From positions 1,240,001-1,304,000 of the forward strand of contig JAPDFW010000070.1 of NCBI GenBank assembly GCA_028826165.1: a stretch of 64,000 bases of DNA, read 5' to 3'. The notes below the pieces were generated by a model. It did not search any database. It worked only from the letters and a program-made list of their open reading frames with translations, and was not told where the DNA came from. Of the stretch, positions 1 to 11,674 are shown in pieces (the first letter of the stretch is position 1; the number at the start of each line of letters is the position of its first letter). This DNA is from Anaeramoeba ignava BMAN (taxonomy: Eukaryota > Protista > Anaeramoebae). The translations under genes and the position numbers were made by a program.

Positions 1-281
1 TGATATTAAAATTGATATTAAAATAAAAATTAAAATTAAAATCAAAATTAAAATTAAAATTAAAAATTAAAATTAAAATTAAAATTAAAATTAAAATTAA
101 AATTAATATTAAAATTATAAATAAAATTAATATTAAAATTAAAATTAAAATTAAAATTAAAATCAAAAATAAAATTATAAATTAAAATTAATATTAAAAT
201 TAAAATTAAAATTAAAATAAAAATTAAAATTAAAATTAAAATTAAAATTAAAATTAAAATTAAAATTAAAATTAAAAATAG

Positions 282-947
282 TTAATTTTTGATAATGGAA
301 CATTAGCACCAGGATGTGTAGCAGATCAAGCAGAATTATCTATAGTATGTGGAATTCTTGAAGCAGATTGCAATCTATCAAGTAATTCATGGATAGATAA
401 CGTATGTGTACGGATATTAACAGTAGAAGAATGCGCAACAGAATGCGTAGACAATCAAACGAAAACAAACGCACAAGATGTATGCCAATTTATCGACAAT
501 CTAAACGAGCTTTATCAGATGTTAGTGTACGAAATTCTGCCGCTTCTTTCATGCGAATTTTTAAAGCAAGTATTTAGGAACATAGAAGGAGCAGTGTGTG
601 ATAAAATTATATCAGGGATGTTATTGATTGTTGTGGGACAAGGTCTTGCTGGTTCTATTCTTGTTATTGGCGCTATTTCCTTCCTTGCTGGTGAACATAG
701 ATTTAGTAAACCTCCTTCTGATAGTGATTTCGGTTATGATGGTTCAAAAAATTCTAAAGATATCGAAATGAATGAAAATCTTAATGATAATGATGATGAT
801 ATTAAAAAACCCCCTCTTGTTCAAGGTTGGGATGATGATAATCCAAATAATAACCTAAATTCTCCTAGAATTCAAACTTGGGATGATAATGTTCAAGATG
901 ATAAAAATCAATCAACTTCTGCTGCTCCTCCAAAAGTTGATTTTTAA
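282..947 (+). CDS. Last exon of a Cys-rich membrane protein, Tweety/prominin-like (5' part outside window; 1-281 is an (AAAATT)n-filled intron)
   Basis: AG at 280-281, then an open frame LIFDNGTLAPGCVAD... in frame with ORF 519-947. LLSCEFLKQVF..VCD is followed by a TM helix and an acidic tail, as in Tweety/prominin-type C-termini. Confidence 0.5.
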   Translation, partial: LIFDNGTLAPGCVADQAELSIVCGILEADCNLSSNSWIDNVCVRILTVEECATECVDNQTKTNAQDVCQFIDNLNELYQMLVYEILPLLSCEFLKQVFRNIEGAVCDKIISGMLLIVVGQGLAGSILVIGAISFLAGEHRFSKPPSDSDFGYDGSKNSKDIEMNENLNDNDDDIKKPPLVQGWDDDNPNNNLNSPRIQTWDDNVQDDKNQSTSAAPPKVDF

Positions 948-1079
948 AAATCAAATTTTATTCTATTTTTTTTTTCTTTCTTTCTCTTTTTTTTCTTTGA
1001 TTTTTTTTTGAACTTTTTAATTGAATTTTTGAACTGAAATTTTAAAAAAAAAAAATAAAATTTGAACTTGATTTGGAAA

Positions 1080-1640
1080 TTGATTTTGATTTTGATTTTT
1101 ATTTTGAATTTGAATTTGATTTTGATTTTAATTTTGATTTTGATTTTGAATTTGATTTCTTATTGAATTTGATTTTGATTTTGATTTTGATTTTAAATTT
1201 GATTTTAAATTTGATTTTGATTTCTTATTGAAATTGATTTTGATTTTGATTTTGATTTTGATTTTGATTTTGATTTTGATTTTGATTTTGATTTTGATTT
1301 TGATTTTTATTTTGATTTTGATTTTGATTTTGATTTTGATTTTGATTTTGATTTTGATTTTGAATTTGATTTTGATTTTGATTTTGATTTTGATTTTGAT
1401 TTTGAATTTGAATTTGATTTTGATTTTGATTTTGATTTTGATTTTGATTTTAATTTTGATTTTGAATTGAATTTAATTTTGATTTTGATTTTGATTTTGA
1501 ATTTGATTTTATTTTTGAATTTGATTTTAATTTTGATTTTGAATTGAATTTAATTTTGATTTTGATTTTGATTTTGAATTTGATTTTATTTTTGAATTTG
1601 ATTTTGATTTTGATTTTGATTTTGAATTTAATTTCTTATT
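1080..1640. repeat. (GATTTT)n microsatellite between convergent genes
   Basis: Directly visible hexamer array; source of the spurious poly-IL ORF. Confidence 0.95.
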
Positions 1641-1658
1641 GATTTTAAATTTGATTTC

Positions 1659-3963
1659 TTATTGATTGCCAACAAAGCAAAAACCAGGATACAAAGGAGC
1701 AGAATTAATACCACGTTGAACCAACCGACAACTTTGTTGATTAAGCCTAACAGTAGCATCTGAAACATCATTAGTATCTTTAGAACTCCATAAACGTTCA
1801 GCAACAGCAGCAGCACGAGGCCAAAGACGGTTAGCCAAACTAGACCAGTTGACCTGTTCAGACCAAGAACAGGCTTCACCGCCAAGGAACTTATCACGAT
1901 TAGTAGAAATATAGTTATAAGGCTCCAAATTATAAAAATCGATCCAAGTATCGATCCATTCATAGTGTGTTTGAGTGCCAGGAATCTGCTTGTCAAGATA
2001 CCAGCCATAAGAATTGATTGCTTCATAACCGTTATTAACAATATCTTGAATGTTACTAATATCGTTCCAAACTTGCACCATTGCATTCTTCAAAATTGTT
2101 GAGTTTTGAAGGTTATAAACTTCCTGCCAAACAACGGATTTTTTCCCCAAATTGTCCCGAATTTGGTTCATATGAACCCAATAGTATTCTTCCAATTGAG
2201 TCGTTGACATCCCGTGATCCGCCATCCATTGCTTAATGTCAGGATCGTCAAGCCAACATCCTGTAACAACTTCATCTCCTCCAAAATGAATATGTTGATC
2301 TAGCAAATAACTTGACATTTCGGTCCAAATGTCGTTGAGAACTTCGAATGTGAAATCCTTTGTTGGATCAACTGGAATGTTGTTGATGTTTGATTCGTAT
2401 TTGGGACATTTTGCCGTTAATTCGGGCATTCCAAATCCTAAACTTGCTGAATGTCCGGGTCCATCCAACTCAAGAACAACTCGGATACCGAATTTCTTTG
2501 CGTAATTGATGATTTCTTGGATGTCTTGAGTCGAGTAAAAGTAATTTTTGTAAAAAAGTGCGTTTGTCGTGATTTGTGGATACTTTGTGATGTATAATGG
2601 AAAGCTTTGTGCATCAACTCCGTGCCAATGGAATGTGTTGAATTTGCTGTATGCCATCCCTGCTATTGTTTCCTTTATTGCGCTGACTGGGAGAAAGTGT
2701 CGGGCTGTGTCGATTAGTATCCCTCGCCAGGGAAATCGGGGATAATCTATAATAGTGATTGGTGTGTTTTCAATTGTGTATTGTTCTGTTGTGTAATTGT
2801 AACTGACTAATTGTGAAAATGTTTCAAGTGCTCTTAATGCTCCATATACTTTTTAATTTTAATTTTGATTTTAATTTTAATTTTCATTTTAATTTTAATT
2901 TTAATTTTGATTTTAATTTTAATTTTATTTTATAAATGAATTTTAATTTTAAATTTAATTTTAAAATGAATTTTAAAATGAATTTTAATTATAATTATAA
3001 TTTTAATTATAATTTTAATTTTAATTTTAATTTTAATTTTAATATTAATTTTGATTTTATTTTATAAATGAATTTTAATTTTAAATTTAATAAATGAATT
3101 TTAATTATAATTTTAATTATAAATGAATTTTAATTTTAATTATAATTTTAATTTTAAATATAATTTTAATTTTGATTTTAATTTTAATTTATATTTTAAT
3201 TTTAATTTTAAAATGAATTTTAATTATAATTTCAATTTCAATTTTATAATTAATTTTAATTTTTAATTTTAATTTTCATTTTAATTTTAATTTTAATTTT
3301 AATTATAATTTCAATTTCAATTTTATAATTAATTTTAATTTTAATTATATAAATGAATTTTAATTATAATTTTAATTTTAATTTTAATTTTAATTTTATT
3401 TTAATTTTAATTTTAATTTCAATTTTATAATTAATTTTAATTTTAATTATATAAATGAATTTTAATTTTAATTATATAAATGAATTTTAATTTTAATTTT
3501 ATAAATGAATTTTAATTTTAAATTCGAAATGAATTTTAATTTTAATTATAAATGAATTTTAAATGGTTAATTGAAAATGAATTTGATTACTTGTGTTTGC
3601 ATCAGCAGTTGCAGCAGATGAGTAAATAGAAATATTATAGCTTTCATCAACACCAAGTTGTAAATCTTCATTATCAGATTTAACATTCAAAACAAGTAAA
3701 TTAATAGATGAATCGAGATTATCCACTTTAGATTTAACAACAGTAAAAGGAAAAAGTAATCCAAGATAATATTGAACTTGTTCTTGAAGAATTTGTGAAG
3801 TTGAACCTGCTCCTTGTAAGTGAATTGCAAATGTTGTTGGATCCACAATAACTTCTTTTGTTCCATATGTTGCGCTTTGTGGTTTGGGCCATATTAATGG
3901 TGCTTGGCTAAAATTTAAACTTAAAAGTAAACTCAAAATTATCAAAAGATGAAAAAAATTCAT
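1659..3963 (-). CDS. Beta-N-acetylhexosaminidase (GH20), secreted/lysosomal; exons 3963-3591 and 2848-1659 (~520 aa)
   Basis: Signal peptide, IWPKP, GVDESY; the spliced junction reads ANT-I-YGALRALETFSQ; RGILIDTARHF, catalytic HFGGDEV, GGEACSWSE, LWPRAAAVAERLWS. Intron 2849-3590 is GT...AAG. Confidence 0.95.
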
Positions 3964-4099
3964 TTTGAAATGAAAAAAATGAAAAAAAATTTAATTTAAA
4001 AATAAAATGAAATAAAAGGAGAAAAAAAAATTTTTCTTAATTCTTTTTCAAATCTTTTATTCCAATTTTTATTCCAATTTTCATTCCTATTTTCATTTT

Positions 4100-4830
4100 A
4101 ATTTCAAAATCAATTTCTAAATCAATTTCTAAATCAATTTTTAAATCAATTTTTAAATCAATTTTCAAATCAATTTCTAAATCAATTTTTAAATCAATTT
4201 CTAAATCAATTTTTAAATCAATTTCTAAATCAATTTTTAAATCAATTTCAAAATCAATTTCTAAATCAATTTCAAAATCAATTTCTAAATCAATTTTCAA
4301 ATCAATTTCAAAATCAATTTCTAAATCAATTTCTAAATCAATTTTCAAATCAATTTCTAAATCAATTTCTAAATCAATTTCTAAATCAATTTCTAAATCA
4401 ATTTTTAAATCAATTTCAAAATCAATTTTTAAATCAATTTTTAAATCAATTTTTAAATCAATTTTTAAATCAATTTCTAAATCAATTTTTAAATCAATTT
4501 CTAAATCAATTTTTAAATCAATTTTTAAATCAATTTCTAAATCAATTTCTAAATCAATTTCTAAATCAATTTTTAAATCAATTTCAAAATCAATTTTTAA
4601 ATCAATTTTAAATCAATTTCTAAATCAATTTTTAAATCAATTTTTAAATCAATTTCTAAATCAATTTTTAAAATCAAATCCAAAATCAATTTCTAAATCA
4701 ATTTCAAAATCAATTTTTAAATCAATTTCTAAATCAATTTTTAAATCAATTTTTAAATCAATTTTTAAATCAATTTCTAAATCAATTTCTAAATCAATTT
4801 TTAAATCAATTTTTAAATCAATTTCAAATG
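4100..4830. repeat. 12-bp minisatellite (AAATCAATTTYT/variants) between divergent genes
   Basis: Directly visible ~60-unit array. Confidence 0.9.
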
Positions 4831-4939
4831 TTTTATTTATTTATTTCAATTTCAAATCAATTTCAAATGTTTTATTTATTTATTCTAATTTTATTCCACT
4901 TTTTTTTTCCAAATCATTTTTCATCTCAAAAAAATTAAA

Positions 4940-6497
4940 ATGGAATCTTTTTTTCTTGAAACAGATCTTCTCGAATTTTTAAGTAATTCTGAATTTGCAG
5001 AAGAATTTTCATTTGATCAAAATTTAAAAAAAGAAGAACAAAAAATATTAACAATAAAAACAGATGATATAATGAATCATGAATTATTTCCTTTTTTACA
5101 AAAGACATTAACAACTATAAATCTCAGAGAACTTAAAATTCTTAAACAATTAATTAATAATTATCTTATTAAATTTTTTCAAAATCAAAATCAAAATCAA
5201 AATCAAAATCAAAATCAAAATCAAAATCAAAATCAAATTGAAAATCTATTTCAAAATCAAAATCAAATTCAAAATCAAAATCAAAATCAAAATCAAAATC
5301 AAAATCAAAATCAAAATCAAAATCAAAATCAAAATCAAATTCAAAATCAAAATCAAAATCAAAATCAAAATCAAAATCAAAATCAAAATCAAAATCAAAA
5401 TCAAAATCAAAATCAAAATCAAAATCAAATCCAAAATCAAAATCAAAATCAAAATCAAATCAAAATCCAAAATCAAAATCAAAATCAAAATCAAAATCAA
5501 AATCAAAATCAAAATCAAAATCAAAATCAAAATCAAAATCAAAATCAAAATCAAAATCAAAATCAAAATCAAAATCAAAATCAAAATCAAAATAAAGTTG
5601 ATCAAAATCAAAATCAAAATCAAAATCAAAATCAAAATCAAAATCAAAATCAAAATCAAAATCAAAATCAAAAATCAAATCAAAATCAAAATCAAAATCA
5701 AATCAAAATAAAATTAAAAAAAAAATCAAAATCAAAATCAAAATCAAAATCAAAATCAAAATCAAAATCAAAATCAAAATCAAATTGAAAATCAAAATCA
5801 AAATCAAAATCAAAATCAAAATCAAATTGAAAATCAAAATCAAAATCAAAATCAAAATCAAAATCAAAATCAAAATCAAAATCAAAATCAAATTGAAAAT
5901 CAAAATCAAAATCAAAATCAAAATCAAAATCAAAATCAAAATCAAAATCAAAATCAAAATCAAAATCAAAATCAAAATCAAAATCAAAATCAAAATCAAA
6001 ATCTAAATCTAAATCAAAATCAAAATCAAAATGAAAATTTAGATCTTTTTTTAATTTCAATTTCCAAAATATTTTTAAAAATTCAAAAAAAGTTAATCAA
6101 GATCTTTAATAATTTCCATCAAAAATTATCTTCAATTAAAAAACAAACAATTATTGAATTAAAAAAAATGAAATCCAAAAATCAAAATCAAAATCAAATT
6201 GAAAAAAAACAAACAAAAAAAACTCATTCAATAAGAAGAAAATGTTCAGAATCATTTTTAAAAGAAATTGAAAAAAAAGAAGAAATTGAAATTAATTTAA
6301 AAAAAAGAAGAACAAATCTCCCAAAATATGCAATTGATTTTTTAGGAAATTATTTAGAAAAAAATCAAGAAAATCCTTATCCAAATTTAGAAGAAAAAGA
6401 AAAATTATCCAAAAAATTAGGATTAACTGTAAAACAAATTAATAATTGGTTAATTAATGCAAGAAGAAAATTAGAAGTTAATTCAAAATCAAAATAA
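4940..6497 (+). CDS. TALE-class homeodomain transcription factor with long NQ tract (apparent frameshift at ~5700-5725)
   Basis: C-terminal RRTNLPK...NPYPNLEEKEKLS..LGLTVKQINNWLINARRK has the PYP loop and W-x-I-N-A-R-R. The frame of ORF 6168 extends upstream through the NQ tract. Confidence 0.8.
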
Positions 6498-6565
6498 AAT
6501 TTAAAATAAAATTCATTTTTTTTTTCATTTTTTTTCTTTCATTTTTTTTTTTCTCCTTTTTTTTA

Positions 6566-9500
6566 ATGGAAAAAAAATTTCAATCACAAATTTTAAATAA
6601 TATTCTAATTAAAACATTACAAACAAATCCAGATTTTAAAGATATTTCCCAAATTCTTTTTAAATTTAACTTATCAATTCTTCTTCCAAATTTACAAAAT
6701 AATTCAGAAATAATTATAACTAGAAAACTATTAGAATCCCATATAATTTCATTTAATAAAAAAAATAATTCTCAATTTATTACTTTAAATGGTTTTTTTG
6801 GAAGTATTCAAGTTGACCAAGAAAATAATAAATTTTTCAAATTAAATCAAATACAAACTTTTCAAAAAGAACATCTTCTTTTAATTTTTAAAGAAAACAT
6901 AAATACTCTTTTTGAAAAATTTCAAATTCAAGTTACAAATGAAATGAATGACAAATTTCCAAAATTATTATCAAGATTCAAATTAAAATTCAATATTCAA
7001 AATTTAAATGAAGAAAAAGAGATTGAAATATTCCTCATTTCTCATCCTTTTGAAAATCAATTTGAAAATGAAAATCAAATTGAAAATGAAAATCAAATTG
7101 AAAATGAAATTCAAATTCAAAATCAAATTCAAATTCAAAATCAAAATCAAAATCAAAATCAAAATCAAAATCAAAATCAAAATCAAAATCAAATTCAAAT
7201 TCAAAATCAAATTCAAAATGAAAATCAAATTCAAAATCAAAATCAAAATCAAAATCAAAATCAAATTCAAAATGAAAATGAAAATGAAAATACAAATCAA
7301 AATAAAAATCAAAATAAAAATCAAAATAAAAATCAAAATCAAAATCAAAATCAAAATCAAAATCAAAATCAAAATCAAAATGAAAATCAAAATCAAATAG
7401 AAAATCAAAATCAAAATCAAAATCAAAATCAAATTCAAAATCAAATTGAAAATGAAAATCAAATAGAAAATGAAAATGAAAATGAAAATGAAAATCAAAA
7501 TCAAAATCAAAATCAAATTGAAAATGAAAATCAAATGAAAATGAAAATCAAAATCAAAATCAAATTGAAAATCAAAATCAAAATCAAAATCAAAATCAAA
7601 ATCAAATTGAAAATCAAAATGAAATTGAAAATGAAAATGAAAATCAAAATCAAAATCAAATTGAAAATCAAAATCAAAATCAAAATCAAAATCAAAATCA
7701 AATTGAAAATCAAAATGAAAATGAAAATGAAAATCAAAATCAAAATCAAAATCAAATAGAAAATCAAAACCAAAATCAAAATCAAAATCAAAATCAAATT
7801 GAAAATCAAAATGAAATTGAAAATGAAAATGAAAATCAAATTGAAAATGAAAATGAAAATCAAATTCAAATTCAAAATATTCAAAAAATCAAAATCAAAA
7901 TAATGAAAATCAAAATCAAAATGAAGAAAAAACATTTTTTATTACAAATCTCGAAAACCTTTTGGAATTTGCTGAAAAAAATCCAAAAGATAAAACTTTT
8001 CTTTTTTCAATCAAACATTTAATTGATTCAATTTCCGAACAAAATCAAGCATACGAATTAAGAGAACTTGGATTATCAATCCAATCAACACTTCAAGGAT
8101 TATCATCAAATTGTCTTTTTAATCCACTTTTTTCGAAAATTGAACCCATTTTCAGTAAAGAAGAAATTAATATGTATAATAAATATAAAAAAGAAGGAAA
8201 AAAAAACATGGAACAAAATAAATTAATGGATCTTGGAGATAAAATACAATCCAAAACATTAGAAATTTATAATATTTTCGAACAATACACAATGCTTAAT
8301 GTTTATGACTCAATTTATCCTCATATTCTTCAAACAAACAAAAAAAAGGATCAACTTTTATCAATTCGAATCAAAAAATTAATTCAACTTCAAATTTTGA
8401 CACCAGAATTTTTTCACTTAAATTCAAAATTATTAGAACAGAAAAACCTTCTTGAGCATGCTAAATCAAATCTGAACAAAATCAATTCCAAAAAAACTCC
8501 ACAAGACAAAATGGATTGCATTTCTGGATGTTGTCAAGATCTTCTAAAAATTTTAATTGAAAAGGGTGAAGATTCAAGTGCTGATAATCTTCTACCCTTT
8601 TTCATCTATACTATTTTAAATACAAATCCAGAAAATCTTTATTCAAATGCTGATTATATTGAAAATTTTCGGTATTCACCAGTCATTTCCATGTCTGAAT
8701 CTGGCTATTTCTTCATCAACTTCATGTCATCAATCTCATTTTTAGAAACTCTTCAAGCAAAAGATTTCGAATTTGAATCTTCTTCTTTTGAACAATATTT
8801 AAAAGATCCCGATTCTCAAAAATTGCCTCAAAAAATTGATAAATCAAAATCAAAATCAACAATTGATGATTCTGAAGAAAAATCAAAAAATGTCAAAATA
8901 AATAATTTCTCCAAATCTATAAGTCCTAAAAAAATCAAAAATATTAATCGTCATAAAATCAATCATCCTCTTCATTTCTCCCAGAAAATTAATCCAAATA
9001 GTGGATTGAGACAGACAAGAAGTTTTAATAAGAAAAAAAAAGAAAAAAGGATTAGCAAAAAAGATTTAAAAAAATTTCAAAAACATTTTAAATTTCAAAA
9101 AGTTAATTATGAAGAAAAAATGGAAGAAAATGATTCATTTGTTATTGTTGATATTTTGGATCAAGAAAATCAAAATCAAATTGAAATTCAAGATGAACTC
9201 CAAATAATTGAATTTGAAGAAGATTTCCCAAATAAAAAAAATCTAAATCAAAATCAAAATAAAAATCAAAATCTAAATGAAAATCAAAATCAAAATCAAA
9301 ATCAAAATCAAAATCAAAATCAAAATCAAAATCAAAATCTAAATCAAAATCAAAATGAAAATCTAAATCAAAATCAAAATGAAAATCAAAATCAAAATCA
9401 AAATCAAAATGAAAATCAAAATCAAAATCAAAATCAAATTCAAAATCAAATTGAAATTCAAGATGAACTCCAAATAATTGAATTTGAAGAAGATTTCTCA

Positions 9501-9713
9501 AATAAAGAAAATCAAAATCAAAATCAAAATCTAAATCTAAATCAAATTGAAAATCAAAATGAAAATCAAAATCAAATTGATTACCAATTCGCAAATATTC
9601 AATCATTCTCAGAAATTCAACCAAATGATTTCGAACTTTTATTCCAAGAATATAAAAGATTACTTCAAGAAAACCAAAAACTAAAAATTTTACTCTCAAA
9701 AAAATTCCAATAA
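6566..9713 (+). CDS. VPS9-domain Rab5-family GEF with NQ tracts (frameshifts inside repeat ~7530-7920)
   Basis: KTPQDKMDCI...SADNLLPFFIYTIL..NPENLYSN..YIENFR...ESGYFFINFMSSISFL is the VPS9 core. The N-terminal ESHII..FITLNG resembles the VARP/ANKRD27 N-terminus. Confidence 0.85.
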
Positions 9714-9828
9714 TTTTTCTTTTAATTTTTCTTTTAATTTTTCTTTTAATTTTTCTTTTAATTTTTCTTTTAATTTTTCTTTTTTAATTTTCTAAATGAA
9801 AAATTCGAATAAAATCAAAAAAAAAAAT

Positions 9829-11520
9829 TTAAAGTTTTTGAAGAGCTTTTTGAATATTTTCTGGTAAACCTTGAATAATGATAAAAGTTGGAGTCATTTG
9901 ATTTTGTGGTGGATTATTTGGATTTGGAATAATTTTGATCGATCTTTGTTTTTTTGTAGAAGGATTTATTTGTGACTTGTTTTTAAAATCAATCCAATAT
10001 TTAATAGCTGATTTAAAACCAGTTGGAATCATAACTTCAGTTTGACCATGTTTTTTATTGTATTCTTTATTCAAAAACTTTTGAGTATCATTATCATATT
10101 CAGAAAATTCGTTTTGGTGTTTTTGCCATTTAAAAATATGATCCAAAAAAACAGACTCAAAACGGTTTTTGAATTGTTCAATTGCAAAATTACGAATTTT
10201 TTGTTTGGATCCAATTCGATAATTTACTTGTTGGATTGTTGGAAGTATTAAGTAAATTATGTTTGGATTAGGTGAATTATCACAATTGAAAAAACTTTCC
10301 ACAGCATTGAAAATAGGAGGAATAACTTGCCGAATATTGAATGATTGAGGAGAAACTTTTGTGAATAAATGAACACCAACAAATTGATAAAGTGAGCGAG
10401 AAATTTCATCCAAACAATTAAAACAAGCCTTTTCTATTATTTCCTCGCCTTTTGGATCTTTTTTTGCGGGAAGAACAATATGATAAAATATGTCTAGTGT
10501 TGCGTTTAATTTTTTAATAATCGAGATTTGACCAGGTTTTAAATTTTTATTTTTTGTTCTCCATTTTTCATAATTTTTTCCAAAATACAATCGAGCCCAT
10601 TCACTTTCGGGATTTTGTGGGTCGATAAATGAAATATGTGCTTGAGGTGGTAATTGTATTTTTGGTTGATTATTCCTGTGATTATCCAAAATATTTTGTG
10701 CAGTACTAGTTATTGATGGAAGAAATTTCCCATCAAAAAGTATAATTTTTCGATTAGTATTTGATGATTCAGTAACATATGTTGGTGTTTCTTCAAAAGT
10801 GATTTTCAAATGAAAATTCTTTGCCATTTCCTTCACATTTTCATCGGTTAATTTTTGCAAATTTTGAACCAATTGTCTTTTTTCTTTCTTAAAAGAATTT
10901 TGTTTTTTCTTCGTTAATTTTTCAATAAGTTTATTATGTTTTTCGGGAATAAATTGCTCCACTTTGAAAAGTTCTTGTTGATATCGCAATGCATTTAAAG
11001 CTTCTTCTTCTGATGAATAAACAATTATTGCGTATTTATTTTCTCTTTTTTTTGCTTCTGGTGAAAAAATAAATTGTATTTTTCCAAAATTCCCAAATGT
11101 TTTTTTAATTTTTTCTGAATTGATTTTGAAATTGGAAAATTTGATTAGAATTTTTCGATTTGAAATTGTTTCAATTTTTGAATTTGGATATTTTTTGTTT
11201 GCTAGTTTTTTTGCTTTTTCTACTTCTCTCGAATTGTTGAAAAATAAAGTTCCGTTGATTTCTTTATCCCTTTCTGTCATTGTCATTTCGCAATATATTA
11301 CATTAAATTCTTCAAATTGTTTATACATGTTTGTCAATGTCAAGTTTTCTGGTAATGATTTGATTGCAATGCCAAAATTTTGAAAATTTGATTTTGGTAG
11401 TTTTTCCTTCTGTTTTTCATTTTCATTTTCATTTTCATTTTCAAATTCATTTTCAAATTCAAATTGATTTTGATTTTCATTTTCTATTTCAAATTGATTT
11501 TTTAGTTTTTGTGATTTCAT
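9829..11520 (-). CDS. Two RRMs + degenerate macrodomain + WWE domain (PARP14-like modules, no catalytic domain)
   Basis: RRM-like IAIKSLPENLT and FGNFGKI..YAIIVYSSEEEALNAL; macro-like LKPGQI...YHIVLP...IEKACFNCL; WWE-like FKWQ...FSEYD...YWIDFKNKSQIN..TKKQRSIK. Confidence 0.65.
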   Translation of the reverse strand: MKSQKLKNQFEIENENQNQFEFENEFENENENENEKQKEKLPKSNFQNFGIAIKSLPENLTLTNMYKQFEEFNVIYCEMTMTERDKEINGTLFFNNSREVEKAKKLANKKYPNSKIETISNRKILIKFSNFKINSEKIKKTFGNFGKIQFIFSPEAKKRENKYAIIVYSSEEEALNALRYQQELFKVEQFIPEKHNKLIEKLTKKKQNSFKKEKRQLVQNLQKLTDENVKEMAKNFHLKITFEETPTYVTESSNTNRKIILFDGKFLPSITSTAQNILDNHRNNQPKIQLPPQAHISFIDPQNPESEWARLYFGKNYEKWRTKNKNLKPGQISIIKKLNATLDIFYHIVLPAKKDPKGEEIIEKACFNCLDEISRSLYQFVGVHLFTKVSPQSFNIRQVIPPIFNAVESFFNCDNSPNPNIIYLILPTIQQVNYRIGSKQKIRNFAIEQFKNRFESVFLDHIFKWQKHQNEFSEYDNDTQKFLNKEYNKKHGQTEVMIPTGFKSAIKYWIDFKNKSQINPSTKKQRSIKIIPNPNNPPQNQMTPTFIIIQGLPENIQKALQKL

Positions 11521-11674
11521 ATTTAATTATATAATTTTATTTTAAAACAAAAAAAAAAAAGGAAAAAAAGGAAAAAAATGAAAAAAACAAAATCCACTTT
11601 TTAATTTTAAAAAAATTTTTTTTTCATTTTTTCATTTTTTCATTTTTTTTCTTTTCAAAAATATAAAAATAATA
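11521..11674. promoter_or_regulatory. Compact bidirectional promoter
   Basis: 154 bp between divergent ATGs, with AAAATGAAAA on the left and TTTTCATTTT x3 on the right. Confidence 0.55.

Noticed and set aside
1228-1470. Poly-IL, KI, DF and YI ORFs here and throughout (e.g. 5238-6060, 7004-7935, 11960-12547, 19508-20083, 33900-34223, 41020-41526)
   Set aside because: Stop-free alternative frames of hexamer microsatellites, not genes.
1150-1667. Copies of the hexosaminidase stop-region sequence (atttcttattga) inside the downstream GATTTT array
   Set aside because: Best explained by slippage carrying a variant unit along; no evidence of function.
1628-2086. Overlapping 152-aa hydrophobic ORF within the hexosaminidase gene, and similar shadow ORFs
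   Set aside because: Alternative frame of a well-conserved gene with no independent motif support.
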